Origin: a bacterium
GTDB lineage: Bacteria; SAR324; NAC60-12
Length of the DNA stretch: 64,000 bases
Direction of reading: 5' to 3'
Assembly: GCA_965209155.1 (NCBI GenBank)
Contig: OZ242383.1
Span: forward strand, 1,440,001-1,504,000
The notes beneath the pieces are model-generated. The model had not been told where the DNA came from, made no database searches, and worked only from the letters and a program-made list of their open reading frames with translations. Below are positions 27,763 to 39,543 of this stretch, piece by piece (positions within the stretch are counted from its first letter, which is position 1; each line of letters starts with the position of its first letter). The translations under genes and the position numbers were made by a program.

Positions 27763-30723
27763 CTATACACCCTGGTCCGTCTTCATGGAAATCGCAGGAC
27801 GATTTGGATCCAAATCCGTTTCGTCATGGTATTGAAGCATGACGTGACGGACCCGATCGCTGAGGTTGCGGGCAGCCATCCAGTCCCTGCCCTGTGGATA
27901 AACAGCTTGGGTGAAAATCATTTCAACTGCAGTACGCCGGGGTTTCCATATTCCATCCGGAAGGAGTGCGCGCGTCCCTTTCAGGACGACCGGCACGACG
28001 GGGAGTTGGTTTCGGGTCGCGATGGTAAAAGCACCCAGGTGAAAGGGCAATAATCCTGGCGCCCGGGCCAGTGTCCCTTCCGGAAAAAATACCAGGGAGT
28101 GCCCGTTACAGGCCACTTGAGCAATCCGATCATTGTCTTTCACGCTTTCTTGAAGGTCGAAGCGTTCCACGAACAAAGTACCAAAGCGTTGCAGAAAGTT
28201 CTTGACGATCCCACGGGATTCCAGTTCCCGTTTTGCAACGAACCTGACGAAGTCCGGCATGGCGGCAATCAATATCAGTCCATCGATATAACTGGAATGA
28301 TTGACCACGAAGATGCAAGGAGAGGGAAAAACGCGGGATCCTTGGCGCTTTACGGAAATCCCTGTGAGAAAGAGAAAATAGCGAGCCATAGTCTGGATAA
28401 AGCGAAATCGCTGGGACAAGGTGGGGATGAACATCTGCCCTATCCAGGCCAGCGGCGTTAAGAACCCGAAAAAGAACCAGCAGTACCAGGCGTAGATCTC
28501 TTGACGCAGCTTTTTTCGCATCCGCTTTTGCCAGGTCGGCAGTGCTTCCCTGCTGAGACGGAGCAATTGACGCCAAACGGGCAATATGCCTTTTCCCAGG
28601 TTCCCGCTTTCATACAATTCTTTCAAGGCCGTCCTGCGAATTTTGCCGCTCGAGGTTTTGAGTAGAGTATTCGGACGGGCTAAGACGATATCATCGGGAG
28701 GCGTGGCCAGACACTCGTCAGAGAGTACTTGAATCCGATGCCTGAGGGATTCCAGCGCTTGTTCGTCCCGTTCTCGAGTTTCTGCAAGTACGACCAGTCG
28801 TTCGGTTCCCAAGTTAGCATCCATGGATCCGAACACTGCCACCCTTCCCTTGCGAATACCCGGCAGGTTCCCGATTGCTTCTTCCAGGGCATAAGGATAG
28901 ATATTACGACCGGCACGAATGATGACTTCCTTTGCGCGTCCGGTTATATAGATTTCTCCATCGGCCTGGTAGGCATAATCTCCGGAATCCAACCATTTTC
29001 CGTGAAACAATGCTTGAGTCGCCTCTTCATTGCGATAATATCCCGAGGTGCAGGAAGGTCCCCGGAATTCCAGTCGCCCGACCTGGCGTTCCGCAACCTC
29101 GTTTCCGGTATCATCCAGCAGTCTCACTCCATAACCTTCCAGAGGTCGGCCGCAGGAGACAAAGGATAAGGTGTTTTCATCCCGGACTTTTTCCCGGTCA
29201 ACCGGGCGTGAATCCTCACGCATGAATTGTTGATCGATCGGCTCCGCCCGTCCCTGCCGCATAAAGGGTTCACGTTTGATGGACTCCACGAGCGGACCTC
29301 TTCCCGGCGGCGTGAACGTGAGCGCCACAGTCGCTTCCGCCATTCCATAGACCGGCATCATGGCGTTCGGAAGATATCCATAGGGGGCAAACCTTTCTGC
29401 AAATCGGCTCATGGTCGTCGGAAGAATCGGTTCCGCGCCATTGAGCGCAAGACGCCAGGAACTCAAGTCCAGGTTTCGAACCTGTTCCTCCTTCACCCTG
29501 TTCACGCACAATTCGTAGCAGAAATTGGGAGCGACGGACAAAGTTGCCCGGTGGTGATGAATACTCCATAACCAGCGAGCCGGGCGACTGAGAAAGGCAA
29601 GAGGAGAGAGGACCACCAAAGGCGCAGCATAATAGAGAGCGATGAACCAGGTGCCCAATCCCATATCGTGGTAAAGGGGAAGCCAACTGACGCCTACGTC
29701 TTGCGGTGTCACCTGCAGAGCATTTCCAATCGCCCGGATGTTGGCCAGCAACATGGCATGGGTCAATACAACCCCTTTGGGATTTCCGGTGCTTCCTGAA
29801 GTGTATTGAATCAGGGCGATGTCGCTGGCCCGCCGGTGGGGGCGCAGTGAATTCGATTGTCCCAGTCGTAACTGCGCCACGTCCACGACGTGTTGCATAC
29901 TCTCCACCCGGGCGCGGAGGAGATAGGTCAATGGTTTGGCTTCAGGAACAGTAATGAGCAGGGAAGGTTGCGCGTTTTCGAGAATGGTGATTTGACGCCG
30001 CAAATGGTCTTCGAGATTCTTGAGGTTTGCTGGGGGATAGAGCGGTACGGCGATGCCGCCTGCGAATAAAATTCCAAAAAATGTAAAAAAATAGTCTTTG
30101 CCGGTGGGAAGCATCAAAGCAACAGGCTGGTTGGGAGATATTCCCAGCGCCCGTAATCCTCCTGCCACTTCCAACGCGCCTTCGAGTAATTGATCGAAGG
30201 TGATTGTCTGCTCCTTCTCCGCAGTTTGAACCAGGTAAAGATGCGGTCGTTGCGGATGAAGTCTGGAACGCCATTCCAGCACTTCCAGCAAGGTGGAAAA
30301 TATTTCGGGAGTGGTTTCCGTTTGGGTCGTTTCTCCCAACAAAGATACCTGGGAAGGCTCAAAATCCAGTAGTTCTTTGTCCCTGCCAAGCAAGGCATGG
30401 TATAATTCTCCAGGGGTGTTGATCGATGCCAGGACGTCTTCAGGAAGAGCCACTCCATAGACGTCTTCCAGGCGGGAAAACAATTCCACCCGGGCAATGC
30501 TATCCAACCCCAAATCCTGGGTGAAACCGGAATCCAAGGTGACGGGAACCGGACCCTGAGGATACAACTCCTTATAGAGCTTACTCGTGATCTCCAGGAC
30601 GTTTCGGGCAAGAGATTCTGACTGAATCTCCCCTGAACTCCGATGCTCTGTTGATGGGAAATTCGAGTGAGATTCCTCCCGGTCGTCCGAGTGATGCTGT
30701 GTGAAGTTATTATTCACGATCAA
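27763..30723 (-). CDS. ACP + fatty acyl-AMP ligase + PlsC-type acyltransferase fusion
   Basis: DLGLDSI (phosphopantetheine Ser), QYTSGSTGNPKG, SWLPLYHDMGL, YGMAEAT, KTSSGK, NHSSYID, FFPEGT. Confidence 0.9.
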   Translation of the reverse strand: MIVNNNFTQHHSDDREESHSNFPSTEHRSSGEIQSESLARNVLEITSKLYKELYPQGPVPVTLDSGFTQDLGLDSIARVELFSRLEDVYGVALPEDVLASINTPGELYHALLGRDKELLDFEPSQVSLLGETTQTETTPEIFSTLLEVLEWRSRLHPQRPHLYLVQTAEKEQTITFDQLLEGALEVAGGLRALGISPNQPVALMLPTGKDYFFTFFGILFAGGIAVPLYPPANLKNLEDHLRRQITILENAQPSLLITVPEAKPLTYLLRARVESMQHVVDVAQLRLGQSNSLRPHRRASDIALIQYTSGSTGNPKGVVLTHAMLLANIRAIGNALQVTPQDVGVSWLPLYHDMGLGTWFIALYYAAPLVVLSPLAFLSRPARWLWSIHHHRATLSVAPNFCYELCVNRVKEEQVRNLDLSSWRLALNGAEPILPTTMSRFAERFAPYGYLPNAMMPVYGMAEATVALTFTPPGRGPLVESIKREPFMRQGRAEPIDQQFMREDSRPVDREKVRDENTLSFVSCGRPLEGYGVRLLDDTGNEVAERQVGRLEFRGPSCTSGYYRNEEATQALFHGKWLDSGDYAYQADGEIYITGRAKEVIIRAGRNIYPYALEEAIGNLPGIRKGRVAVFGSMDANLGTERLVVLAETRERDEQALESLRHRIQVLSDECLATPPDDIVLARPNTLLKTSSGKIRRTALKELYESGNLGKGILPVWRQLLRLSREALPTWQKRMRKKLRQEIYAWYCWFFFGFLTPLAWIGQMFIPTLSQRFRFIQTMARYFLFLTGISVKRQGSRVFPSPCIFVVNHSSYIDGLILIAAMPDFVRFVAKRELESRGIVKNFLQRFGTLFVERFDLQESVKDNDRIAQVACNGHSLVFFPEGTLARAPGLLPFHLGAFTIATRNQLPVVPVVLKGTRALLPDGIWKPRRTAVEMIFTQAVYPQGRDWMAARNLSDRVRHVMLQYHDETDLDPNRPAISMKTDQGV

Positions 30724-30793
30724 ACCTTTTTCAAGCGCATCTTTGACTCTTCAAAAGATTCTCGACGTCCTCCGGATTGAGGAAAGAATCGAT

Positions 30794-33019
30794 TCAGGTC
30801 GCCTCCACGATTGCATTGAAAGTAGCGCTGGGACGCATGGCTTTTGCGGTTTTCACCGAATCGGGTTTGAAATAACCACCAATGTCCACCGATTTCCCTT
30901 GAACTGCATTCAACTCCTCGATGATCGTAACCTCATTTTCGCCGAGTTTCCGGGCAAGCCTGGCGAAACGCGTCTGCAAATCCGGGATTTCGTCCTGTTC
31001 GGCCAGTGCTTGCGCCCAGTAAAGTGCGAGATAAAAATGGCTTCCCCGGTTATCCAATTCATGCGCCTTGCGAGATGGGGATCTTCCGTTTTCCAGGTGC
31101 ATGGCTATGGCTTGATCCAGTGTTTCAGCAAGAATTCGCGCGTATTTATTATGGAAAGAATTGCTGATGTGCTCAAGTGAAGACTCCAGGGCGCTGAATT
31201 CTCCAAGGGAATCCCATCTCAAATGCCCTTCCTCGAGAAACTGCTGAACGTGTTTGGGAGCTGAACCACCGGCGCCGGTTTCAAACAAACCTCCTCCCTT
31301 CATCAGGGGGACGATGGAAAGCATTTTGGCGCTGGTTCCCAATTCGAGTATGGGAAATAAATCGGTAAGATAGTCGCGCAAAACATTCCCTGTCACTGCA
31401 ATGGTATCTTCTCCTTTCCTGATCCTTGCCAGCGAATATTTCATTGCCTGGACAGGAGACATGATGGAAATCTGCAACCCTTGCGTTTTGTAACCGGGTA
31501 AATACAGGTTCACTTTGGAAATGATTTCCGCATCATGCGCCCTGTTCGCATCCAACCAGAAAATGGCAGGGCTACCCGTTGCTTTGGCTCGATTGACGGC
31601 CAACTTGACCCAATCCTCGATGGCGGTATCTTTGGTTTGGCACATGCGAAAAATGTCTCCGCATTCCACTTTCTGCTCCAGCAAAATTTTTCCGGAAGTA
31701 CCAACGACTCGAATGGTCCCCTGGGCAGGCGCTTCAAACGTTTTATCATGGGAGCCATACTCCTCCGCTTTTTGAGCCATCAGCCCGACGTTGGAAACAC
31801 TTCCCATGGTTGCCGGGTCGAATGCTCCATGTTGCTGGCAATCTTCCATGAGGGCTTGGTACATGGTGGCATAGCAGCGATCCGGGACCATGGCGATGGT
31901 ATCGTGAAGCCGGTTGTCGGGCGCCCACATTCTTCCTCCGTCTCGCACAACGATTGGCAAGGAAGCGTCGATAATCACGTTGTTGGGTAAATGCAGGTTC
32001 GTGATGCCTTTACCGGAATCCACCATTGCCAATTGCGGGCGGTCTTCATAAACGGCTTTTATGTCTTTTTCGATTGCAACCCGTTGCGCTTCCGGCAAGG
32101 ATTGGATTTTTGTATAAAGCTCCGCAAAGCCATTATTGAGATTGACCCCCAACTCTTTGATGAGCGTCGCATGCTTTTCAAAAACTGCCTGGTAGAATAT
32201 GGAAACGCAATGACCAAACAAGATCGGGTCTGAGACTTTCATCATCGTCGCTTTCAGGTGCAGTGACAACAAGAGCCCTTCTTTTTTGGCGCTTTCCATT
32301 TGTTCCTCATAGAACCGACGCAATGCCCGGATATTCATCACGACTGCGTCAATCACATCCTTTTCTTGTAAGGGTTTTTTTTCTGTGAGAAGCATCACCT
32401 GACCTTCATCCGCAACGAACTCGATTTTCACGTTTTCGGTTTTGGTTACAGTCCGTGATCGTTCACTGCCATAAAAATCTCCCTCGTCCATATGAGCAAT
32501 GCGGGATTTGGAATCCACCGGCCAGGACTGCATCATTTTGTGAGGGTGTTTTTTTCCGAACTGCTTCACTGACGCCGCAACCCGCCTGTCCGAATTTCCT
32601 TCTCTCAGGATCGGGTTAACGGCACTGCCCAGCACCCTGGCATAGCGTGCTTGCAACGCTTTCTCGACCTCGGTCCTGGCATTTTCAGGATAATTTGGAA
32701 CATCGAAGCCTTGGTCCTGCAATTCGCTGATGGCTTTTTTCAATTGGGGAATGGTAGCGCTGATATTGGGCAATTTAATGATATTTGCCTGCGGAAGCTC
32801 AATGAGTTCATTCAGTTCGGAAAGCGCATTCGGGATTTGCTGATCCTTACTCAGGTTTTCAGGGAAATTGGCTAATATTCTCCCTGCCAGTGAAATATCT
32901 TTTGTTTCAATGGTAATACCGGAACCTTTGAGAAAGGCCCGGAGTATCGGAAGTAAAGAATGCGTCGCCAGGGCAGGAGCTTCGTCCGTTTCCGTATAGG
33001 TGATTGTCTGGATCGTCAT
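30794..33019 (-). CDS. icd: Monomeric NADP-dependent isocitrate dehydrogenase
   Basis: [48 protein letters not shown]; 741 aa. Confidence 0.97.
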   Translation of the reverse strand: MTIQTITYTETDEAPALATHSLLPILRAFLKGSGITIETKDISLAGRILANFPENLSKDQQIPNALSELNELIELPQANIIKLPNISATIPQLKKAISELQDQGFDVPNYPENARTEVEKALQARYARVLGSAVNPILREGNSDRRVAASVKQFGKKHPHKMMQSWPVDSKSRIAHMDEGDFYGSERSRTVTKTENVKIEFVADEGQVMLLTEKKPLQEKDVIDAVVMNIRALRRFYEEQMESAKKEGLLLSLHLKATMMKVSDPILFGHCVSIFYQAVFEKHATLIKELGVNLNNGFAELYTKIQSLPEAQRVAIEKDIKAVYEDRPQLAMVDSGKGITNLHLPNNVIIDASLPIVVRDGGRMWAPDNRLHDTIAMVPDRCYATMYQALMEDCQQHGAFDPATMGSVSNVGLMAQKAEEYGSHDKTFEAPAQGTIRVVGTSGKILLEQKVECGDIFRMCQTKDTAIEDWVKLAVNRAKATGSPAIFWLDANRAHDAEIISKVNLYLPGYKTQGLQISIMSPVQAMKYSLARIRKGEDTIAVTGNVLRDYLTDLFPILELGTSAKMLSIVPLMKGGGLFETGAGGSAPKHVQQFLEEGHLRWDSLGEFSALESSLEHISNSFHNKYARILAETLDQAIAMHLENGRSPSRKAHELDNRGSHFYLALYWAQALAEQDEIPDLQTRFARLARKLGENEVTIIEELNAVQGKSVDIGGYFKPDSVKTAKAMRPSATFNAIVEAT

Positions 33020-33147
33020 ACATCGTCTGACAGTGAATGCCTGTTTGTCGGGTTTACAACAAATGACCAGTTTAGCGAACTCGGCTTGAAAAATCCAGAT
33101 AGATTCCATCCCGACTTCAAAAACCGTAGCGATGCATTTTCACTGAC

Positions 33148-34062
33148 TCAAAAAGTCCGTATTTGCTGTGACTGTTTCTGACCACGCGGGTGTAGTTGCT
33201 GGAAGGTCTCGAAGTAATCCGGGACGTTGACGTGCGCGTATTGCCGGGTCGCGTCCAACTTCGTATATCCAAACAAGGTGCGAATGCTCGTCAAATCCAT
33301 GCCATTTTGGATCAAATGCATGGCAAAAGAATGGCGTAGCATCCGTGGCGTGATATTGCTTTGAATTCCTGCGCGCCTTGCATGCTTTTTGACCATGTTC
33401 CAGAATCCGATGCGGGTCAATCGTACGCCATTGCGATTTGGAAAGAGACAGGGGTCCTCTTTATTCAGCAATCGTGGCATTCGCGCAGAGTCCAGGTACA
33501 ATTCCAAGACCTCCACGGCTTTGGAAGTGACGGGCACCATCCGTTCCCGTTTATTACGGACTTTGAGAAAGCTTAAATCCAGGAAGAGATCTCCGACATT
33601 CAGGTTGAGCAATTCTTTCACTTTCAACCCACTGGAATAGGAAAGTTCCAAAAGCGTACGGTCTCGCAGTCCGAGATAATGATTGGGAGACGGGGCCTCC
33701 AGCAGTGCCACAACCTCTTCTGGTGAGAGCATTTCAGGGGGAGCGTATTCGATTTGAGGGAATTTGACCAGGTCCAGGGGACTGATTTCAAGCAGACCTT
33801 GTTGCTCGAGGTGGAAAAAAAATAATCTCAACGAGGACAGGTGTCGCGCTACGGTACGAGGTTTGAGGCTTTGTTGCAATAAATCCGCATAGGACTGGAT
33901 TTCTTCTACCCTCACTTTCTGCAAGCGAAACAGTGCCGGACCTCCTTGGTTTTCCAGCCAATCTTTGAAACGTAACAGGTCCGAGCGGTGATTTTGAATG
34001 CTGTTGAGCGAGTATTTTTTGGTTTGCAGGTATTCAATGAATTGTGCGATTAATGGATCCAT
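33148..34062 (-). CDS. XerD-like tyrosine recombinase with a degenerate active site
   Basis: XerD-like along its length (RTVARHLSSLR, LRDRTLLE, LRHSFAMHL, LHPR), but GLK for GLR, PRMLRH for PHxLRH and FGY for LGH. Confidence 0.85.
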   Translation of the reverse strand: MDPLIAQFIEYLQTKKYSLNSIQNHRSDLLRFKDWLENQGGPALFRLQKVRVEEIQSYADLLQQSLKPRTVARHLSSLRLFFFHLEQQGLLEISPLDLVKFPQIEYAPPEMLSPEEVVALLEAPSPNHYLGLRDRTLLELSYSSGLKVKELLNLNVGDLFLDLSFLKVRNKRERMVPVTSKAVEVLELYLDSARMPRLLNKEDPCLFPNRNGVRLTRIGFWNMVKKHARRAGIQSNITPRMLRHSFAMHLIQNGMDLTSIRTLFGYTKLDATRQYAHVNVPDYFETFQQLHPRGQKQSQQIRTF

Positions 34063-34247
34063 GAAACACTTCCAATGTGTATTCGATCGACTTAACATCC
34101 GGAAAGACGATTCATTTTTTACTCCATTTTGTAAGGAAATCCAAGTCATGAGTCCAGAAGACGACATGAGGAATACCGGATTCCACGGTTCCATTCGGGG
34201 GAATTGCCAGCTTGACCCACGTTGCCGGTCCTTTTGAGAATGAATCC

Positions 34248-35624
34248 ATGAGCAAGACTCCCGATTTGGACTTGGATGATTTTTTTCTCCAAACTTTTCA
34301 AAAACAAAAAGCCACAGGCATGCGTGAATTGTTGGGCTGTGAATATGAATATTTCATACTCCGGCCCACCATTGCTTTTCCTCGTTATCGTCCTTTGCCG
34401 ATGGATGGCGATCCTGGCGTGTATGAACTGCTTTCCGTCATTCACCAGATAGCTTGGGAAAATGGAGTGGTTTGGGAAAAACATTTTGAAAACAATAAAT
34501 TGATTGCATTGTCGAACCACCAGCATCAAACCATTACGATCGAACCCGGTGGCCAAATTGAACTTTCAGGCGCACCCCTGAATTCCCTGCAAGCGATTCA
34601 TGGAGAACAGGCGGCTTATTTCGAACTCCTCTGTCAGGCAATTGAAAATTTCGGTGGCAAAATCCTCTCGTTGGGCCTGATTCCACTCTGTCGACTTGCC
34701 GAAATTCCGCTGGTGGACAAGCGACGCTACCAACTCATGTTTCCTCACATGAAGCAAGTTGGAAGCCTTGGTCAATTGATGATGAAAGGGACGGCTGCCA
34801 CCCAGGTGAGCCTGGATTATTTTTCCCTGGACGATTTGCAGCGCAAATTCGTCTTTCTCAATCGGCTTTCCCCGTTTTTGACGGCCATTTTTGCCAACAG
34901 CCCGATTTTTGAGGGAAAATCCACGGGTTACCGCTCGTTCCGTGGAAGAATCTGGCTGGACACCGACCCGGCGCGAGCAGGTTTGCCGCTTCCTTTTTTG
35001 CAAGAGTCCTTCCAGTTGAACGATTACATAGAATGGGCTCTCGAGGCTCCTCCCTATTTTTTAATACGCGAGGAGCGAATGATCCGGCTCACTGATACGC
35101 CTTTTCGAAAACTGCTGGCAGGGGCGCGCCCGGAGATTCAGGTCGAGGGAGACGACTGGGAATTGCATTTGGGGATGCTTTTTCCCGAAGTCCGCATCAA
35201 GCAAATCATCGAGGTGCGCGCACCGGATGCGCAACTACCGGAAGATGCCATTGCCATTCCAGCATTGTTGAAAGCGCTCGTCTATGAGGAGGACGCATTC
35301 GAGCGAATTTACGCGCTCCTGATGGATTTGCCATTGCAGGACTTCCCGCTTTACCAAAAGGCAGCAGCAAAGGATGGTTTGCATGCGGAAGTCCATGGAG
35401 TTGATTTTGCTAAACTGGCCCGTCATTTTTTCGAGATCGCCCTCGGCGCCCTTGGCTCGCAAGAGGAAGAATGGCTCCTTCCCTATTTCGATAAATATAC
35501 CAAAGATGGGAAAAGCCCTGCGGATGTGGTATTGCAACAATTTTCCGATGCCGGCCACGACGTTGAAACCTGGGCAGAACAATATTTTAAGGAAACTCGG
35601 CTCCCGGTTCTCTCCCAGGCTTGA
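34248..35624 (+). CDS. Glutamate--cysteine ligase (GCS2/EgtA-like)
   Basis: GCEYE, TIEPGGQIELSG, QVSLD, FANSP, FPEVR, IEVRAPD. Confidence 0.9.
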   Translation: MSKTPDLDLDDFFLQTFQKQKATGMRELLGCEYEYFILRPTIAFPRYRPLPMDGDPGVYELLSVIHQIAWENGVVWEKHFENNKLIALSNHQHQTITIEPGGQIELSGAPLNSLQAIHGEQAAYFELLCQAIENFGGKILSLGLIPLCRLAEIPLVDKRRYQLMFPHMKQVGSLGQLMMKGTAATQVSLDYFSLDDLQRKFVFLNRLSPFLTAIFANSPIFEGKSTGYRSFRGRIWLDTDPARAGLPLPFLQESFQLNDYIEWALEAPPYFLIREERMIRLTDTPFRKLLAGARPEIQVEGDDWELHLGMLFPEVRIKQIIEVRAPDAQLPEDAIAIPALLKALVYEEDAFERIYALLMDLPLQDFPLYQKAAAKDGLHAEVHGVDFAKLARHFFEIALGALGSQEEEWLLPYFDKYTKDGKSPADVVLQQFSDAGHDVETWAEQYFKETRLPVLSQA

Positions 35625-35663
35625 ATTTTCGAGTCAGGGACGCAAAGCAGTCGGGCGGCTTTC

Positions 35664-36254
35664 ATGAAAGGCAAAACTATGTCGGATTCCAGGCTCACTA
35701 ATCCCAAACGACCTAAAATTCAAAGAGGAGCCTTTCAGATTTACACGGGCAACGGCAAAGGAAAGAGCACGGCGTCCATGGGGTTGATGTTGAGAGCGCT
35801 GGGTTGTGGATTCCATGTCTATTATTTGCGGATGCTGAAACCTCGTTGGCAAACAGGGGAATTGAAACTGGGACCTTCCCTGCACCCGAACCTGACTTTC
35901 CGCAATATTCCTCACTACTGGGCCCTTTGCGTGAGCAAGAATGTACCCCAGGACGTGGAGGCCATGAGAAAGAATCTGGAACCGGAAATGGATGATTTAC
36001 AAAAAAATCTCACCTCCGGCACTTACGATATGGTAATCGTGGACGAGATCAACTATTGCGTCCATCGTGAATTGATTGCCGTCGAACGGGCGATTGCACT
36101 GGTTGAAAGCCGTCCTGACAAAGTGGAATTGGTTTTTACCGGACGTAACGCGCATGCGGAATTGATCCGCAGAGCGGACCTGGTCACGGAAATGCAGAGC
36201 ATCAAGCACCCCTTCCAGAAGGGAGTCAAAGCGCGAATAGGTATTGAATTTTAA
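35664..36254 (+). CDS. cobO: Cob(I)yrinic acid a,c-diamide adenosyltransferase
   Basis: YTGNGKGKST, VDEI, TGRNA, ADLVTEM, KHPF. Confidence 0.93.
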   Translation: MKGKTMSDSRLTNPKRPKIQRGAFQIYTGNGKGKSTASMGLMLRALGCGFHVYYLRMLKPRWQTGELKLGPSLHPNLTFRNIPHYWALCVSKNVPQDVEAMRKNLEPEMDDLQKNLTSGTYDMVIVDEINYCVHRELIAVERAIALVESRPDKVELVFTGRNAHAELIRRADLVTEMQSIKHPFQKGVKARIGIEF

Positions 36255-36259
36255 TCGTC

Positions 36260-37630
36260 GTGCCGAACATGAGTCCCAACATTCCTTCTCACGGTCTGGT
36301 ACTGGCAGGCATGCAGAGTAGCAACGGCAAAACCGCTATCACCTGTATGCTGCTCTGCGCGTTGCGTGCCCGGGGATTGGATCCCCAAGCCTTCAAAGTC
36401 GGTCCCGATTTCATCGACCCCGGGTATCACGGACGGTATTCCAGTCGTCCATGCATCAACCTGGATGCCTGGATGATGGGCAAAACTCGAGTGTTGGAGG
36501 AAGTCGAGCGTTTTGTTGCCGGAACCGTAGGAGTCGTTGAAGGAGTGATGGGACTCTTTGATAGCGCCAGTCCTTCTTCCAATGAAGGCAGCACGATGGA
36601 ACTGGCCCACTGGTTGGGTTGGCCGGTGGTTCTGGTTGTTCCTTGCAGCAAAACAGGACGCTCGATTGCTGCAGCCATCCAAGGTTTTGTGGAAGCAGCG
36701 GGCGATCGCGCCATTTGCGGGGTGATCTTGAACCAGGTGGGAGGAGATTCTCACGCGCAATACCTCAGGGAAGCCCTGGCTCACCTGGAGCTTCCCATTT
36801 TGGGAGTCGTCGGCCAATACGACCTTCTCCAATGGCCCGAACGCCATTTGGGTTTGCAGTCTCAAACGGAGATGCGACTGCCTGGTTCGGGAGAGTTGGC
36901 CAAACTGGGGGAAAAAGTTTTAGACCTTCCCGCAATGCTTTCCCTGCTCACTGCGGCCCCTGCGCTGCGGAAATCCTCAACTCCTCCTTCTTTTAATAAA
37001 CGTATCGCTCTCGCCAGGGATGAGGCATTCCATTTCTATTACCATGCCAATCTCGAATTTTTGAACATGCGCGGTGTGGAGCTCGTCGAATTTTCTCCCT
37101 TGTCGGATTCATCCTTACCTGCAGGCATCGAAGGGATGATTTTTGGAGGAGGATTTCCCGAAATCTTTGCAGAACGAATTGCGCAAAACAAAAGAATGCG
37201 GACCGCCATTGCGCAAGCCATCCATGACGGCATGCCCTGTTATGCGGAATGTGGAGGGTTGATGATCCTTTCCCGGGAACTGGTCGGCCGGGACGAGATG
37301 CGCTATCCCATGGTCGGAGTCCTGCCTGGCGCAGTTCAAATGACGGAACATTTGAACAATTTCGGTTATTGTTTCTGCAATCCCCTGGCAACCGGACACA
37401 CGCGCGATTCAGCAGGCGGCGAATCCTGGCGTGGACACGAATTCCACTATTCACGCTGGCTCGCTGAAGCCGAGTCTGCTAACTTGTGGCATGTTACTAA
37501 AAAATATCGAAAGGTGACGAGAAAAGAAGGATTCCGCTACCAACGGCTCCATGCTTCCTACGTCCATCTCTATTTCCCAAGCGCCTCGGCCGTTCTCGAA
37601 AATATTTTCGCATTGACACCGCCGTCTTGA
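36260..37630 (+). CDS. cbiA: Cobyrinate a,c-diamide synthase
   Basis: GKT, FKVGPDFIDP, EGVMGLFD, ERHLGL, AECGGLM, GHEFHYS. Confidence 0.93.
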   Translation: MPNMSPNIPSHGLVLAGMQSSNGKTAITCMLLCALRARGLDPQAFKVGPDFIDPGYHGRYSSRPCINLDAWMMGKTRVLEEVERFVAGTVGVVEGVMGLFDSASPSSNEGSTMELAHWLGWPVVLVVPCSKTGRSIAAAIQGFVEAAGDRAICGVILNQVGGDSHAQYLREALAHLELPILGVVGQYDLLQWPERHLGLQSQTEMRLPGSGELAKLGEKVLDLPAMLSLLTAAPALRKSSTPPSFNKRIALARDEAFHFYYHANLEFLNMRGVELVEFSPLSDSSLPAGIEGMIFGGGFPEIFAERIAQNKRMRTAIAQAIHDGMPCYAECGGLMILSRELVGRDEMRYPMVGVLPGAVQMTEHLNNFGYCFCNPLATGHTRDSAGGESWRGHEFHYSRWLAEAESANLWHVTKKYRKVTRKEGFRYQRLHASYVHLYFPSASAVLENIFALTPPS

Positions 37631-37666
37631 ACGGAGCTTAAGATTCTCGACCATATTGAGGGATTT

Positions 37667-38338
37667 ATGATCATTTGCATTGGAATCGGACCGGGAGACC
37701 TGGATTATCTCACGCAACGAGGGGCAGCACTGGTTGCCGGCGCGGAGGTGCTGGCAGGCTTTTCGTCCGTACTCGAGTTCGCACGCCCCTTGTTTTCGGA
37801 AAAATCTCAGGTGATCTCTTTAGGATACAAAGACCAGGTGGCCAAGCTCGAAGAAGTGGCCCGGCTTCACCAAAAAGGACGACGTTGCGTGGTGTTATTC
37901 ATGGGAGACATCCACTTTTCGGGGTTCCAACTCTTGGAACGCGTGGAACGCGCGTGTGGACACCCGGTGGAAACCTTGCCCGGAATCAGTTCGGCTCAAA
38001 TGCTGGCTTCCAAAACCCGGGTTTGCTTTGATGAGACCACCTTCCTCACTTTCCACCGCCGGGGGGATTTGCTGCCATTTCAAAAGCACCTGGTTCATGT
38101 CTTGCAGGACGATCGCAATGCGATTGTCATTCCCCGCCCCTGGGATATGATGCCCGTGGACATTGCCCGGTATTTATTGGAAAACGGCATTGACCCGCAA
38201 CATTCCCTGGAAGTCTGGGAACATCTCACCCAAAAAGAAGCGAGCTGGAAAGGCACGCTGGTTCAATGTCGGCAGGAATTCAGCGACATGAGCATCATGC
38301 TGATTCGGACCCTGCGTCCCATGCCCAGCCAACTCTAA
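37667..38338 (+). CDS. cbiE: Cobalt-precorrin-7 C5-methyltransferase (CbiE-like)
   Basis: [22 protein letters not shown]; follows cbiA. Confidence 0.8.
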   Translation: MIICIGIGPGDLDYLTQRGAALVAGAEVLAGFSSVLEFARPLFSEKSQVISLGYKDQVAKLEEVARLHQKGRRCVVLFMGDIHFSGFQLLERVERACGHPVETLPGISSAQMLASKTRVCFDETTFLTFHRRGDLLPFQKHLVHVLQDDRNAIVIPRPWDMMPVDIARYLLENGIDPQHSLEVWEHLTQKEASWKGTLVQCRQEFSDMSIMLIRTLRPMPSQL

Positions 38339-39510
38339 TCCAACATCAGCCGGGCCGTGATTTCATCGGCAAGCAGCATTCCCTCGGGTAAGAGCGCGAG
38401 GTGGGGAAGATCCCAGCGTGCGAAACCCTGCTCATGTAATTTTTCCACCTCTTCCACATTTTTACGAGGCCATGCCATGCCGAAGGTTTTTTCCCACTCC
38501 GGCACTGACAATCCGGCAACTTGCCGTAGTGCAAGCATAAGTCCCTCATTGGCTCGCTGGACCCGGGAAAGCTCTTCCTCGAAGGCAACGGGCCATTGCC
38601 TGTCTTCAAGCGCGCTTTGGTATTTCTTCAAAGAACGGTGATTGCTCCAACGACGCCCTTCGAAATATGAATGAGCGCCCATTCCCAATCCCAGGTAAGC
38701 TTTTCCGGACCATACCATCAGGTTGGAACGGCTCTCGTGGCCCGGTCTGGCAAAATTCGAGACTTCGTATTGAGTCAAGCCGTGGGCGCCCAGAGTTTTG
38801 ACGGCCTTCAAGTACATGGCCCAGGTCAAATCTTCATGTTGGGCGACCCATTCAACGACTTTTTTCTCCCTGGCAAAGGGAGTCCGGGGTTCGACGTCCA
38901 GGGCATACAAAGAAAGATGGCTTGGATGGTGCTTGAGAAAGGTCATCAGATCGTTTTCAAATTCAGGCATCGATTGCTCAGGAATGCCAAACATGAGGTC
39001 CAGGTTGAAATTGCGGACCCCACTTTCCTCCAACGCGGCTACCGCACGCAAACTATCCTGCGCACTGTGGTTTCTTTCCAGTGTTTCGAGAGAGGCTTTT
39101 TGAAAACTCTGGATTCCCAGGCTGATCCGTCCGATTCCCAACTCGGTCAGCCCTTGAATATAGGCGGGGGTGGCATCTTCCGGGTTGACCTCAAAGGAAA
39201 TTTCCGTGTCTGCCGAGCAGTGGAAGTGACGTCGCACCCCCTTCAACACAATCTCCACTTCCTCCAATGACAAACTCGAGGGAGTGCCACCTCCGATATA
39301 AATCGACTGCAACGCTCCCAGTTCTTTCTCGAATTGCGAAGCGCGCCTTTCCATCTCGAGATTTAAAAAATGGAGGTAAGCCTTGCGCAGCGCAGCTTGG
39401 TCTTTACGCACGGCGAAGGCGCAAAAAGGGCAAATCCGGCGGCAAAAAGGAATGTGGATGTAAAGAGCGAGGAACGAGTGGACCATTTCAAATTTGGCAT
39501 TCATCAGCAA
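38335..39510 (-). CDS. hemW: Radical SAM heme chaperone HemW (HemN-like)
   Basis: [35 protein letters not shown]. Confidence 0.88.
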   Translation of the reverse strand: MLMNAKFEMVHSFLALYIHIPFCRRICPFCAFAVRKDQAALRKAYLHFLNLEMERRASQFEKELGALQSIYIGGGTPSSLSLEEVEIVLKGVRRHFHCSADTEISFEVNPEDATPAYIQGLTELGIGRISLGIQSFQKASLETLERNHSAQDSLRAVAALEESGVRNFNLDLMFGIPEQSMPEFENDLMTFLKHHPSHLSLYALDVEPRTPFAREKKVVEWVAQHEDLTWAMYLKAVKTLGAHGLTQYEVSNFARPGHESRSNLMVWSGKAYLGLGMGAHSYFEGRRWSNHRSLKKYQSALEDRQWPVAFEEELSRVQRANEGLMLALRQVAGLSVPEWEKTFGMAWPRKNVEEVEKLHEQGFARWDLPHLALLPEGMLLADEITARLMLD

Positions 39511-39543
39511 TTCGAGAGCATTCCATTCGTGTTTGAGGGGGAT

